The notes under the pieces are model-generated. The model did not search any database. It was not told where the DNA came from and saw only the letters and a list, made by a program, of their open reading frames with translations. Positions 1-8,629 of a DNA stretch of 64,000 bases are shown here, in pieces. Source of the stretch: a virus; the IMG/VR virus record IMGVR_UViG_3300031758_000006. One strand, given 5' to 3'. The number at the start of each line of letters is the position of its first letter. The first letter of the stretch is position 1. The position numbers and the translations under genes are program-made.

Positions 1-51
1 ATTATCATCCTGGGTCTCCTCCTTTAATATTTCTTTAATTAATTCTCTCAT
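1..51 (-). CDS. 5' end of a gene running off the window start (MRELIKEILKEETQDDN...), with L/I-x-E leader
   Basis: ATG at 51 on the minus strand; leader resembles 4237..5199 and 27069..27731; TATTTAT at 118-124 upstream. Confidence 0.6.
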   Translation of the reverse strand, partial: MRELIKEILKEETQDDN

Positions 52-65
52 TTCTTTAATTTTTT

Positions 66-92
66 GTTTACAGTAGAGTGTTTACTGTAAAC
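66..92. promoter_or_regulatory. perfect 10-bp inverted repeat GTTTACAGTA-N7-TACTGTAAAC
   Basis: Read directly; lies in the 5' leader of the gene starting at 51; no U-tract follows on the minus strand. Confidence 0.4.
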
Positions 93-147
93 TAGTAAAT
101 TATCACGTTTGTTTTATATAAATATTACAAAGTTTATTTAAAAAAAT

Positions 148-169
148 AAACCCCCATTTTTGGTGGGGG
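148..169 (-). terminator. CCCCCA/TGGGGG hairpin, dispersed family
   Basis: aaacccccatttttggtggggg just downstream of the stop of 197..610. Confidence 0.55.
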
Positions 170-196
170 CTCATCTCATAGGTAGTAGTTATGGTA

Positions 197-610
197 TTAT
201 ACTATTGTAGTCTTAAGTATTTTTCCATCGACAAATCGACTTAATTCACACAGTTCAATGGTGTCGTCGTTTTTACTTATGGATGTAATTTCATTAACAA
301 ATCGTTCACACTCCTCTTCATTTTCAATATGTCCAATTTCGGTAGCTACAGACCCATTGAACTTTAATCTATATACACTGTAGGATTTTTCTTGTTTTTC
401 CTCAACCACAATTAAATTATCGTATTCGAGTCCACGACTATCGTCTTTCTTCATTAAATTCCCCTCGTCATCACGTTTGTAATGTACGTTGTGATAGAAC
501 CCACATTCCGGACAGGATGAGTACATTTCACCGGTCTTATAATAAAAATCCTCAAAACAATTATCCGAACCACATGTCGGACAATCAATGTTACTAATTA
601 CACTTCCCAT
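197..610 (-). CDS. hypothetical protein with N-terminal zinc ribbon
   Basis: CPTC and CPEC pairs; host-type promoter upstream. Confidence 0.75.
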   Translation of the reverse strand: MGSVISNIDCPTCGSDNCFEDFYYKTGEMYSSCPECGFYHNVHYKRDDEGNLMKKDDSRGLEYDNLIVVEEKQEKSYSVYRLKFNGSVATEIGHIENEEECERFVNEITSISKNDDTIELCELSRFVDGKILKTTIV

Positions 611-629
611 ATTTAATATTTTTATGAGT

Positions 630-660
630 TAAAATTAGTAGAAATAATTAAATAAACAAA
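630..660 (-). promoter_or_regulatory. Bacteroidota-type promoter variant TTTG-N19-TAATTTTA
   Basis: Spacing matches -33/-7 consensus; ends 20 nt upstream of the ATG at 610. Confidence 0.45.
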
Positions 661-695
661 TTTTTTTCGATATTTAATTTAAAACACGAAATAAA

Positions 696-821
696 ATGGC
701 TAAAGCAAAAAAAGAAGGTAAAAAGGGTAAGTCAAGAAAGAGTATCTTGAAAACTTTAAGATTGATCGAGAATAACAATCGATTAATATCTAAATACCAA
801 GAAGAATTAAGAAAGAATTAA
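696..821 (+). CDS. small basic protein, 41 aa (MAKAKKEGKKGKSRKSILKTLRLIENNNRLISKYQEELRKN)
   Basis: Manually translated, below the ORF-track cutoff; fills the intergenic gap; stop overlaps the stop of the convergent gene. Confidence 0.6.
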   Translation: MAKAKKEGKKGKSRKSILKTLRLIENNNRLISKYQEELRKN

Positions 822-1450
822 GGGTTAAATTCTCCTGGTTCAAACGGTTCTGTTACTGGGTTAATCGCGTGTAATGAATATGATCTATCTGGTCTGTATT
901 CCGCGTAAACATTATCAGCACCCACAATTTTATTTTGACCATCAGGTGTGAAGAAAAAGTCAGACAAGAATGGATTATATTTTATTTCTGTTGAGTTTTC
1001 TTTGAATGACATCGGATCATCTGGTAATTCCATTACTGTTCCACCAACACCAACTTTTTGTTGTCTTTTAGACATTTGTCCTTTGTCCTTTGTTGTTCTC
1101 ATTATTTCATGGTAACCTGGACTAATATCAAATGTGATGTCCCCACCAAGTAAAATATCATTAGTGTATCCAATGATACCTGGTTTAGCGTCTTTCTTTC
1201 CTCTACTTGTCAATCCAAAAACACCAAACCCACCGTTTCTATTCTTTTTTATGTTATGTCTATTGGTGTGAAACCAAACGTTTTTACCTAATAATTCTGG
1301 TGAGTCACCCTCCAAATACCCATGTTGAGCTTTTTTAGCTATTTTAGGTAGGTCCATATCCGGATGGTATGGTGGTGATTCATTTAAATATAAACCCATT
1401 ATGGATCTAATTTTTGATATTTCCTCGATTAATATTTTTTTTTCCATCAT
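818..1450 (-). CDS. hypothetical protein with leader (MMEKKILIEEISKIRSIMGLYLNE)
   Basis: Start reassigned to 1450/1447, just after TATTTAT at 1453-1459. Confidence 0.7.
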   Translation of the reverse strand: MMEKKILIEEISKIRSIMGLYLNESPPYHPDMDLPKIAKKAQHGYLEGDSPELLGKNVWFHTNRHNIKKNRNGGFGVFGLTSRGKKDAKPGIIGYTNDILLGGDITFDISPGYHEIMRTTKDKGQMSKRQQKVGVGGTVMELPDDPMSFKENSTEIKYNPFLSDFFFTPDGQNKIVGADNVYAEYRPDRSYSLHAINPVTEPFEPGEFNP

Positions 1451-1490
1451 ATATAAATATAATATAAAAATATTTTTGTATATTTGTAGT

Positions 1491-2765
1491 ATGTTATCTG
1501 ACAAATTAAATAATATTCCAAAGAGTCCTGGGTGTTACCTATTCAAAAATGGTAAGGATCAGATTATTTATATTGGTAAATCAAAGTTCTTACCTAAGAG
1601 GGTTAAATCTTATTTTAATAAGAATCAAAAAGATTTCAAAACCTATATGATGGTGTCTGAGATTAAGGATGTTGAGTTTATGTGTACGGATGATGAACCA
1701 CAATCACTTTTACTTGAGGATGATCTAATCAAGGTGTACAAACCAAAGTACAACATGAAGGGTAAGGATGATCGTTCAAGACGTTGGTACGTTACCGTGT
1801 CAGATGAAGAGTTCCCTAAAATAGAAGTATACAACTCCACAAAACTATCTGGTGAGATTTTACTTGAGTGTACCAACTCGAACACTTGTTACCTGATACA
1901 TGGTTTGATTTATGATATTTTTAACCTTAGAACATGTTCTTATGAATTGACTGAGGATAACATTTCTTCTGAAAAGTTCAAGGTATGTTTGGATTTTCAT
2001 ATTGGTAGGTGTCAGGGTCCTTGTATCTCTGGTATCTTAAAACATCGGTATAACGACATGATCAGTGACATTAGAAAGATATTCAATTTTGATTTTAGTT
2101 ATGTTAGATCAAAACTGAATCGTATGATGAAGTATCACTCGGACAAGTATGAATTTGAGTTAGCTCATAACTTCAAAGTTAAGTTGGATAAGTTATCAGA
2201 ACTAGAATCAATACTTGAACCATTTAGAGTTAAACACTATTCTGATCTGTCTCGTAAATTCAAAGAGGAGTTAGGTCTAATCAATTCACCCATTACTATT
2301 GAGTCTTTTGATAATTCACACACATCTGGTGATTGTCAGGTATCAGCTCTTGTTAGATATAAGAATTCAAAACCGGATAAATCAAACTACCGTAAATTCA
2401 ATATTAAAACTGTTTCTGGTCCCGATGATTACTCCTCATTTGATGAGGTATTAAATCGTCGATTTAAACGACTTTTAGATGAGAAACAAGAATTACCATC
2501 ACTCGTTGTTATTGATGGTGGTAAGGGTCAATTAAATGTGGCAAAATCCGTATTTGAGTCTTTGGGTCTGTTGGGTAAAATTGATTTAATATCAATCTCC
2601 AAAGACGATCGTCACCAACCAAAGACAATTCACACAATCGATGGTAAATCTATTGAGTTGATGGGTACCAGTTTTAAACATGTCTTGGGTGAAATACAAA
2701 ATGAGGTACATAGATTTGTAATTACTTTTCACAGGAATAAAAAAACAAAGAAATTGTTTAGTTAG
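1491..2765 (+). CDS. uvrC: excinuclease ABC subunit C-like protein, lacking the C-terminal HhH
   Basis: GIY-YIG (PGCYLFK..IIYIGKSK..KRVKSYF), Cys cluster (C..CL.FHIGRC.GPC), RNase H-like domain (IESFDNSH, PDDY, LPSLVVIDGGKGQL, IQNEVHRFVI); TATATTTG at 1479-1486 supports the 1491 start. Confidence 0.9.
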   Translation: MLSDKLNNIPKSPGCYLFKNGKDQIIYIGKSKFLPKRVKSYFNKNQKDFKTYMMVSEIKDVEFMCTDDEPQSLLLEDDLIKVYKPKYNMKGKDDRSRRWYVTVSDEEFPKIEVYNSTKLSGEILLECTNSNTCYLIHGLIYDIFNLRTCSYELTEDNISSEKFKVCLDFHIGRCQGPCISGILKHRYNDMISDIRKIFNFDFSYVRSKLNRMMKYHSDKYEFELAHNFKVKLDKLSELESILEPFRVKHYSDLSRKFKEELGLINSPITIESFDNSHTSGDCQVSALVRYKNSKPDKSNYRKFNIKTVSGPDDYSSFDEVLNRRFKRLLDEKQELPSLVVIDGGKGQLNVAKSVFESLGLLGKIDLISISKDDRHQPKTIHTIDGKSIELMGTSFKHVLGEIQNEVHRFVITFHRNKKTKKLFS

Positions 2766-3052
2766 TGTTTCTCGGATATTTCAGTCTCTATTGAGAATCT
2801 ATCACTTGGTATTTCCAAGTACTTATTAATCAAGAATTCAATTTTATCCTTATTGTCATCAATATAAAACTTATGAAATGGTTCATTCATATAATGGTTG
2901 TACACTAATTTAATTTCGTAAGTGTTGGTGTCCTCATCAAAGTATGTTTGTATTGATTTGACATTTCTAAAATCAAACATAGATAGGAAAGATTTTAGTC
3001 TATCATATTCATGACCATCATCTGGTAATATGTTATACATGTAATCGTCCAT
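2762..3052 (-). CDS. hypothetical protein
   Basis: ORF in tightly packed minus-strand operon. Confidence 0.65.
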   Translation of the reverse strand: MDDYMYNILPDDGHEYDRLKSFLSMFDFRNVKSIQTYFDEDTNTYEIKLVYNHYMNEPFHKFYIDDNKDKIEFLINKYLEIPSDRFSIETEISEKH

Positions 3053-3056
3053 ATGA

Positions 3057-3887
3057 TTAATATAAAGCTATGTTTGCACTATCTAAGTAGGTGTTCCCAT
3101 TTATATATTTTGACCCAAATTTTTGTTCAAAGAATTTAAAACTAGCCGTTTTAAATATCGACTCTTGGGTAAACCAACCCTTGTCTTTTAATTGGGGTTT
3201 AAGTATTTTTTTTACTTTATCTTGGTAAGTTCTATCATACCATAATACATTATTCTTGGGGTCGTAAATGTAATTAGCTTCGGTGCCACCACCACTATTA
3301 GCCACAATGTGATCATTTTTAAGTTTAAAGTAGTTTGTATTTAATATCGATATAACTTTGACAGCGGCTCTTATTTCCATCTCATTTTCACTATCTTCAT
3401 ATGATGGATCATATTTTTTTGACTCGGTTATGTTTTTATTACCCACAAATGATTTTATTTCTGGGTTGGTCTTAAATCTTTCCAGATCTTTTTCTACTTG
3501 ATCCTGATTACATTCATTGTTTTCAAAAAAGATATCTGGTATGTCATCACTTTCACCTTCCAGTATTGTTATAGACATAACATCCGGTAAAAACTTAATA
3601 GCTTCTTCCTCATATTCATCTATTTTATTTTGTATGTCACTATAATCGTGTACCCCCCTTGAGTCAATAAAGTTATCATTAACTTTTATATATGTATGGA
3701 TTAAATTTTGTGTGATGACCTCATCTGTTTCAACGACTTTTTCTTCAGATATTATTAAATAATAACAAACGTCATCATCCGGGAATTTTTCTTTAAAGTA
3801 ATCAATCACACCGTAAGCGAAGTAATGACAAAATCCATATTGGTAGTCATAATTATAATCTTTTGGTATGTCATTGTGTTTGTCCAT
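3057..3887 (-). CDS. hypothetical protein
   Basis: 276-aa ORF coupled to neighbours. Confidence 0.75.
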   Translation of the reverse strand: MDKHNDIPKDYNYDYQYGFCHYFAYGVIDYFKEKFPDDDVCYYLIISEEKVVETDEVITQNLIHTYIKVNDNFIDSRGVHDYSDIQNKIDEYEEEAIKFLPDVMSITILEGESDDIPDIFFENNECNQDQVEKDLERFKTNPEIKSFVGNKNITESKKYDPSYEDSENEMEIRAAVKVISILNTNYFKLKNDHIVANSGGGTEANYIYDPKNNVLWYDRTYQDKVKKILKPQLKDKGWFTQESIFKTASFKFFEQKFGSKYINGNTYLDSANIALY

Positions 3888-4240
3888 TAAAAAATTTGTT
3901 CGTTCAGTTTAAGAGAAACTCTAACTTTATATTTAATTCTTAGTGTGTCCTTAATATAATATAAAAAATCTTCCTCATCAAACTCATCATCATCTGTATG
4001 ATAAATATCAACTTTACCAATTATCATTTTTGATCCGTTATAATCCGGTTCCATTGATGACTCAACAACTTTTACTTTAGTGACATAATCCATGAAGTGA
4101 CATTCATCACCATGAAACCAATCAGGTTCCTCACCTTCATAATCTTCATCACAAACGTTTCTAAAGTCCTCCAAGACTCTATTTATTAACATTTGTAATA
4201 CATTATTAGTTTGATTTTCTGTTAGTAGTATTTTCATCAC
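3887..4240 (-). CDS. hypothetical protein with leader (MMKILLTENQ)
   Basis: ORF with overlapping start/stop; leader motif. Confidence 0.7.
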   Translation of the reverse strand: MMKILLTENQTNNVLQMLINRVLEDFRNVCDEDYEGEEPDWFHGDECHFMDYVTKVKVVESSMEPDYNGSKMIIGKVDIYHTDDDEFDEEDFLYYIKDTLRIKYKVRVSLKLNEQIF

Positions 4241-5199
4241 TTAAACATCTCATATTCATTCTCCCTCCTAATTTTTAATCCGGGATATTTTCTAAACATA
4301 TTTGAACTTATGTTTTTTATTTCTTCACGAGCTTCCTCAAATCTACCTTGTTTAACCAACTGTATGAAGTCACTTTTTCTAAAATTTGTAATTCCCATAT
4401 TAAATATTAGTGATATCATAGAGTTATACATACCCTGTGTTATTTTTGGTTTGATACCTTGTTCCTCCCAATCATTTAATATTTTATTTAAACTCTCGGT
4501 AGCTATTTGTATGTCATCATTTAATAATATTTCAGCCTGTTCTTTTGTGATTGTTGTTCTACCTGGTGTTATTTTATTGTACTTAGGTAAGAATTTATAT
4601 TTACCCCCATTGTCACCACGTCTTGGGTTACTGAATATCGCGTGACCATAACCTATGGTATAAGCTCCATCACCAAGATCATAAGCGGTTAACACAGGTT
4701 CACCTTTGTCATATATTGACCCCTCTTCATATTTTAAATGTTCAATTAAATCTGGTGATACTTCTCTAACTTTAACGTCAACCACCTTTTTTTGTTTTGG
4801 TTTAACAACCTGGGTTATATTATTTGGTTTACTATCAACTTTTGTCCCAATAACCTCACCCTCTATTGATGTAATTTGTGATATTGTCAAAATACCTAAA
4901 AATGAATACAAAACATATTTAAGTATTTTGTTTTTGATTGGTAATTGAACGTTTTCTAACTTTTTTAATAAGTTTTTTAAATATTCAATTACATCTTCTT
5001 TGGTTTTAACCCAACCTTTTGATTTATCAATATTTTGTTTTACGTCAGTAAAGTCCCAAACCATGTCTGGTTCTCTTTCATCTTCATTTTCGGTGAGTAA
5101 TGACACTAAATTAACAACACGGTCCAAATAGATATCGTGAGATTCTATTTGTAACCGTCTAGTTTCTTCTTTTAATATTTTTAAAATTAATTTATCCAT
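4237..5199 (-). CDS. GH24 (T4-type/phage) lysozyme with long N-terminal extension
   Basis: LKYEEG..AYDLGDGAYTIGYGH, ITKEQAEILL..D, SLIFNMG, LKIRRENEYEMF. Confidence 0.85.
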   Translation of the reverse strand: MDKLILKILKEETRRLQIESHDIYLDRVVNLVSLLTENEDEREPDMVWDFTDVKQNIDKSKGWVKTKEDVIEYLKNLLKKLENVQLPIKNKILKYVLYSFLGILTISQITSIEGEVIGTKVDSKPNNITQVVKPKQKKVVDVKVREVSPDLIEHLKYEEGSIYDKGEPVLTAYDLGDGAYTIGYGHAIFSNPRRGDNGGKYKFLPKYNKITPGRTTITKEQAEILLNDDIQIATESLNKILNDWEEQGIKPKITQGMYNSMISLIFNMGITNFRKSDFIQLVKQGRFEEAREEIKNISSNMFRKYPGLKIRRENEYEMFK

Positions 5200-6344
5200 T
5201 AATATACCGCTCTTGTTGCGTCTCCACCAATTGGTGTTTGTGTTGTACCACCACTAGTTGTTGATAATAAATTTGGTATTGATTTTAGAAGTTCTAATAT
5301 TTTTGTTTTAATCGATTCTGGGATTAATGCCAACAGGTCCTCAATGGTTCCAGTTTTTGCTGTTAGGAATTCTGTTATTTTGGTAATTACTGTAGCGTCG
5401 ATACCAGTTAATAAAGTTTTCAATGTGTCAAGTACTGTTTGTGGTATTTGTATCGTCGGGTATTTTGATTTTAGGTATTCGGATATTAAATCAATTATTG
5501 ATTTCCCCGTATTTGATTTTGATTTTGGTGGTTGGAAGAAGTGTATAACCTCATTGTTTCTTTCACATCTCCAAATGGTACTTCCGTAATGTTGTCCTTC
5601 AGGTCCAATCAGTCCTGATAAGTTTTCAGGACCAAAAGAAGCGTTTGACGGTAACATGGTATTTCCAGCTAAATTACCGTAGTTCCTACCTGGTTCACCA
5701 GCTTTTAATTTATTTATCTCTTCCTCTGTCGCTAATCTACCCATTCCATATGGACACGGATTGTCCTCACTTTGTCCAGGTGTTAGATTTGTTTTGTTAT
5801 CACCACCAACAACTGGTTTAACAAACGGTGTTTCAGTCCATTTATTTGTGGATTTAACCCCGTTTTTATCCATTGAGTACCCATCGGATAATAAAGTGTA
5901 TGACCCATCATCCAAAACGTATCCATACGTACCATCGGTTAATTTTGTAATCTTACCTTTAGGTAATTGTTCTGGTTTTATTTGTTTTAATTCTTTATTA
6001 AAATACTCAGTATACAATTCTTCATCTGTTTTTTGTGTTGTTGACAACTGTGATGATGTTTCGGCTGTGGTTTTAAATGTTACCAGTTTTTGTATAGCAC
6101 CTAATCTATTTCCAGTAGCTTCAGTCCAATTCGGGTACTGTTTTAACGGATCACCTTTAACACCTTTATAATAATATTTGGTTGTTGATCCATCATCAAC
6201 TTTAAGGTACTGAAATGGGTCATTAGGCCTATCCTGATTTAGGTATTCAGCTTCGGTTAATAATCCGGATCTATATCCAAATTTTTTGTGTAAAGATTTT
6301 ATTCTTTGTGATTCTTCTTCGGTTAATAAAAATTTATTTTTCAT
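5199..6344 (-). CDS. hypothetical putative virion protein (MKNKFLLTEEESQRIKSLH leader)
   Basis: 381-aa ORF; leader shared with 17874..18560. Confidence 0.75.
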   Translation of the reverse strand: MKNKFLLTEEESQRIKSLHKKFGYRSGLLTEAEYLNQDRPNDPFQYLKVDDGSTTKYYYKGVKGDPLKQYPNWTEATGNRLGAIQKLVTFKTTAETSSQLSTTQKTDEELYTEYFNKELKQIKPEQLPKGKITKLTDGTYGYVLDDGSYTLLSDGYSMDKNGVKSTNKWTETPFVKPVVGGDNKTNLTPGQSEDNPCPYGMGRLATEEEINKLKAGEPGRNYGNLAGNTMLPSNASFGPENLSGLIGPEGQHYGSTIWRCERNNEVIHFFQPPKSKSNTGKSIIDLISEYLKSKYPTIQIPQTVLDTLKTLLTGIDATVITKITEFLTAKTGTIEDLLALIPESIKTKILELLKSIPNLLSTTSGGTTQTPIGGDATRAVY

Positions 6345-6359
6345 ATCTATTTTTTTTAT

Positions 6360-6911
6360 TTAATATGTGTAAATGTTTTGATTATTACTATTATCAGCCA
6401 ATGAATTATTCCCAGAAGATGGAAATATTGGTACAATAAAGTCACGTAATTCACCCACATAATTACTAGATGACTGACAATATTTGTCATATAAAGCTTT
6501 TGACTCACTTTTAGTCAATGTATATTTACCGTTTTTACTTGGGTACAAATAATATTTTCCATTTTCGTGTCTAGTACATGAAAATTCATTTCCGGTGCTT
6601 CCACCATCTTGGGTTGGTATCCAAATAGTAATTCCTTTCTCACTATTTTCATATGATTTTGGTTCCTTTAGTATTTCAAGTCCGTTAGAAAATTTAAACC
6701 CAACTTTTATTTGGTCTTTGGTAACAACTGTCTCGGAAGTAGTTTCTGTACCAACACAAGCTTTAGTACATTCATCTTCACTTGAAAACCCTGTTGATCC
6801 TTGTCCATATACACATTTTTTTGTTGTTTGGTCATAAAAATATGATACATTTGTTGTGTAAACATTATATGGGTCTACCTGTGGTTTTGTTACTAAACAT
6901 TTTTGATCCAT
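6360..6911 (-). CDS. protein with N-terminal BPTI/Kunitz-like domain
   Basis: KCL...YFYDQTTKKCVYG..GFSSEDECTKACVG aligns with BPTI FCL...YFYNAKAGLCQTFVYG..FKSAEDCMRTCGG. Confidence 0.55.
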   Translation of the reverse strand: MDQKCLVTKPQVDPYNVYTTNVSYFYDQTTKKCVYGQGSTGFSSEDECTKACVGTETTSETVVTKDQIKVGFKFSNGLEILKEPKSYENSEKGITIWIPTQDGGSTGNEFSCTRHENGKYYLYPSKNGKYTLTKSESKALYDKYCQSSSNYVGELRDFIVPIFPSSGNNSLADNSNNQNIYTY

Positions 6912-6939
6912 TTTTTATTATTTTATTATTTCATTATTT

Positions 6940-7770
6940 TTAATATACACTTGTCTCTTGATTTTGGGTTTGTATTGTTGTTGTGGTTGCCTCAGATCCG
7001 GGAAATATTGGGGTAACAAAATCCCTGAAACTTTGTTGGGTCTGTCCGGGTCTCCAACCGGAACACCAAGATGTTCTAAGAGATATATATGTTTCCTTAT
7101 TTTTACCACCACCTTTTTCTGAAATCCAAGAGTTTAATGTTTTTTTCCAATCACCACCATCACAAACAACTGAATAATAAGGCCATCTTTGATTACAATC
7201 CAACGCACATTGTTCATCCGAAATTTCCTTTGCGGTTTTTTGTGGTGGTGTTGTAACTTGTGGAGTTTGTTGTAATGGTGTTTCTTCCTGTTTTGGTTTT
7301 TCTTCCTGTTTTGGTTTTTCTTCCTGTTTTGGTTTTTCGTCTTTCCAAGAACAAGCTTCACTAACAATTCCGTTAAATTGTGGTGTCCAATTTTCACCAA
7401 CAAAAGTGTTACCGTGTCCATCAACTTTAACTTCTTTAGTTGAACAACTAATCCTTATGGTAACCCCTTTCCAGGTTTCTACTGTGTAACCAAGATAATC
7501 GTGGATTAAATTTACAGTCTGATTACTAGTTACTAATTGGTTACCAATTTTTGTAAAAACGAACCCTTTTGATAATTGTAGTTCCATAGCATTTGCTCCA
7601 CCACCTGTTTGTTCACAATTAATATTACCTTGTAGTGTTATGGTTTTACTGTTTTTATCAGCGTACGCGTATGTTTCAAGGATTATTTTTTTATTTTCGG
7701 TTAAAGTTTTTTTAGGTTCATATCCAATATTAACTAAAATTTTTTTTAATACGTTATCAATATTTTCCAT
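6940..7770 (-). CDS. hypothetical putative virion protein with EEKPKQ repeats
   Basis: 276-aa ORF; TATTTAT at 7788-7794; KTLTEN leader. Confidence 0.75.
   Translation of the reverse strand: MENIDNVLKKILVNIGYEPKKTLTENKKIILETYAYADKNSKTITLQGNINCEQTGGGANAMELQLSKGFVFTKIGNQLVTSNQTVNLIHDYLGYTVETWKGVTIRISCSTKEVKVDGHGNTFVGENWTPQFNGIVSEACSWKDEKPKQEEKPKQEEKPKQEETPLQQTPQVTTPPQKTAKEISDEQCALDCNQRWPYYSVVCDGGDWKKTLNSWISEKGGGKNKETYISLRTSWCSGWRPGQTQQSFRDFVTPIFPGSEATTTTIQTQNQETSVY
7282..7335. repeat. 18-nt tandem repeat x3 in a low-complexity linker (EEKPKQ-type)
   Basis: ttcttcctgttttggttt repeated three times. Confidence 0.85.
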
Positions 7771-7787
7771 AATTTATTAACTTACTA

Positions 7788-7794
7788 ATAAATA
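7788..7794 (-). promoter_or_regulatory. putative late promoter TATTTAT
   Basis: Heads the 7770-to-2762 gene run; motif recurs upstream of about 15 genes. Confidence 0.55.
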
Positions 7795-7813
7795 CTAACG
7801 ATATTAAAAAAAT

Positions 7814-7836
7814 AAACCCCCAGTTTTAGTTGGGGG
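7814..7836 (-). terminator. CCCCCA/TGGGGG hairpin, dispersed family
   Basis: aaacccccagttttagttggggg overlapping the stop of 7826..8068. Confidence 0.55.
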
Positions 7837-8068
7837 TATTTAATCGTAGTGGTTTCATTTCAGATTCGTAGTAGTTGGTTTTATATTTCCTAGACATTTC
7901 CTTATCGTAATATCCAATTGTGTACAACCTATTGATGAGGTCTATTTCTTCTTTTTTGATTTTACTCTGTATTTCTTCTTTAATTGATAATAATACGTCA
8001 TCCACTTTAGGGTCTTTACCTAAATTCCCATCAATTATTTTTAATATTTTTTTAGAAGTTAGTGACAT
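7826..8068 (-). CDS. hypothetical protein
   Basis: ORF; start placed at MSLTSKK. Confidence 0.55.
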   Translation of the reverse strand: MSLTSKKILKIIDGNLGKDPKVDDVLLSIKEEIQSKIKKEEIDLINRLYTIGYYDKEMSRKYKTNYYESEMKPLRLNTPN

Positions 8069-8079
8069 GATAATAAATA

Positions 8080-8592
8080 TCACATAAAATAATTATCTTC
8101 ACACCATATTGGTGTTTTTTCACCAACATAAGATCCCCTAACATTAAAATCAAAATGTTCAATCGCGTCCTCAAGTGACATTTCATCCTCAACAATTAAA
8201 ATTTCCAAACACCTGGTAACCGAATATACCAATCTCATTGTCCCAAGGTCAATTCCAATAACCGCGTCATCAAATCCATCAGCTTTTAGAATTTCTTCAT
8301 CTTCATGATATTCAACTATTGAATCTAGTAATGTTGGGTGTTTTGGTATTTGACTACCACCTAAATCAAGTACAGCGACATCCATATCAATAACATCAAA
8401 TTCAGTTGTACCGGTAGCAATTGTCTTAACGGTAAATGTTACCTCATCTCCGTGTTTTGGTTTCCCAATATAATCATTAAGGTTTTCGATTGGTAAATCA
8501 ATAAAGTTTGGTCTAATTTCTTTAATTATATCAGCGAATCTAACAACAAATTCACCGTTTGGGTTCTCTTTTAAATATCCTTTAAGTTTCAT
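8080..8592 (-). CDS. conserved phage hypothetical protein
   Basis: C-terminal ADGFDDAVIG..LVYS..EDAIEHFDFNVRGSYVGEKTP, a motif I recognise from phage hypotheticals. Confidence 0.75.
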   Translation of the reverse strand: MKLKGYLKENPNGEFVVRFADIIKEIRPNFIDLPIENLNDYIGKPKHGDEVTFTVKTIATGTTEFDVIDMDVAVLDLGGSQIPKHPTLLDSIVEYHEDEEILKADGFDDAVIGIDLGTMRLVYSVTRCLEILIVEDEMSLEDAIEHFDFNVRGSYVGEKTPIWCEDNYFM

Positions 8593-8599
8593 GTTATAA

Positions 8600-8628
8600 A
8601 TTATAGGATATTTTTTTTACACTGTCAA
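8600..8628 (-). promoter_or_regulatory. perfect sigma70-type promoter TTGACA-N17-TATAAT
   Basis: Read directly; TATAAT ends 7 nt upstream of the ATG at 8592. Confidence 0.45.
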
Positions 8629-8629
8629 G

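Noticed and set aside
1491-1800. GIY-YIG homing endonuclease
   Set aside because: The domain continues into UvrC-specific Cys and RNase H-like domains.
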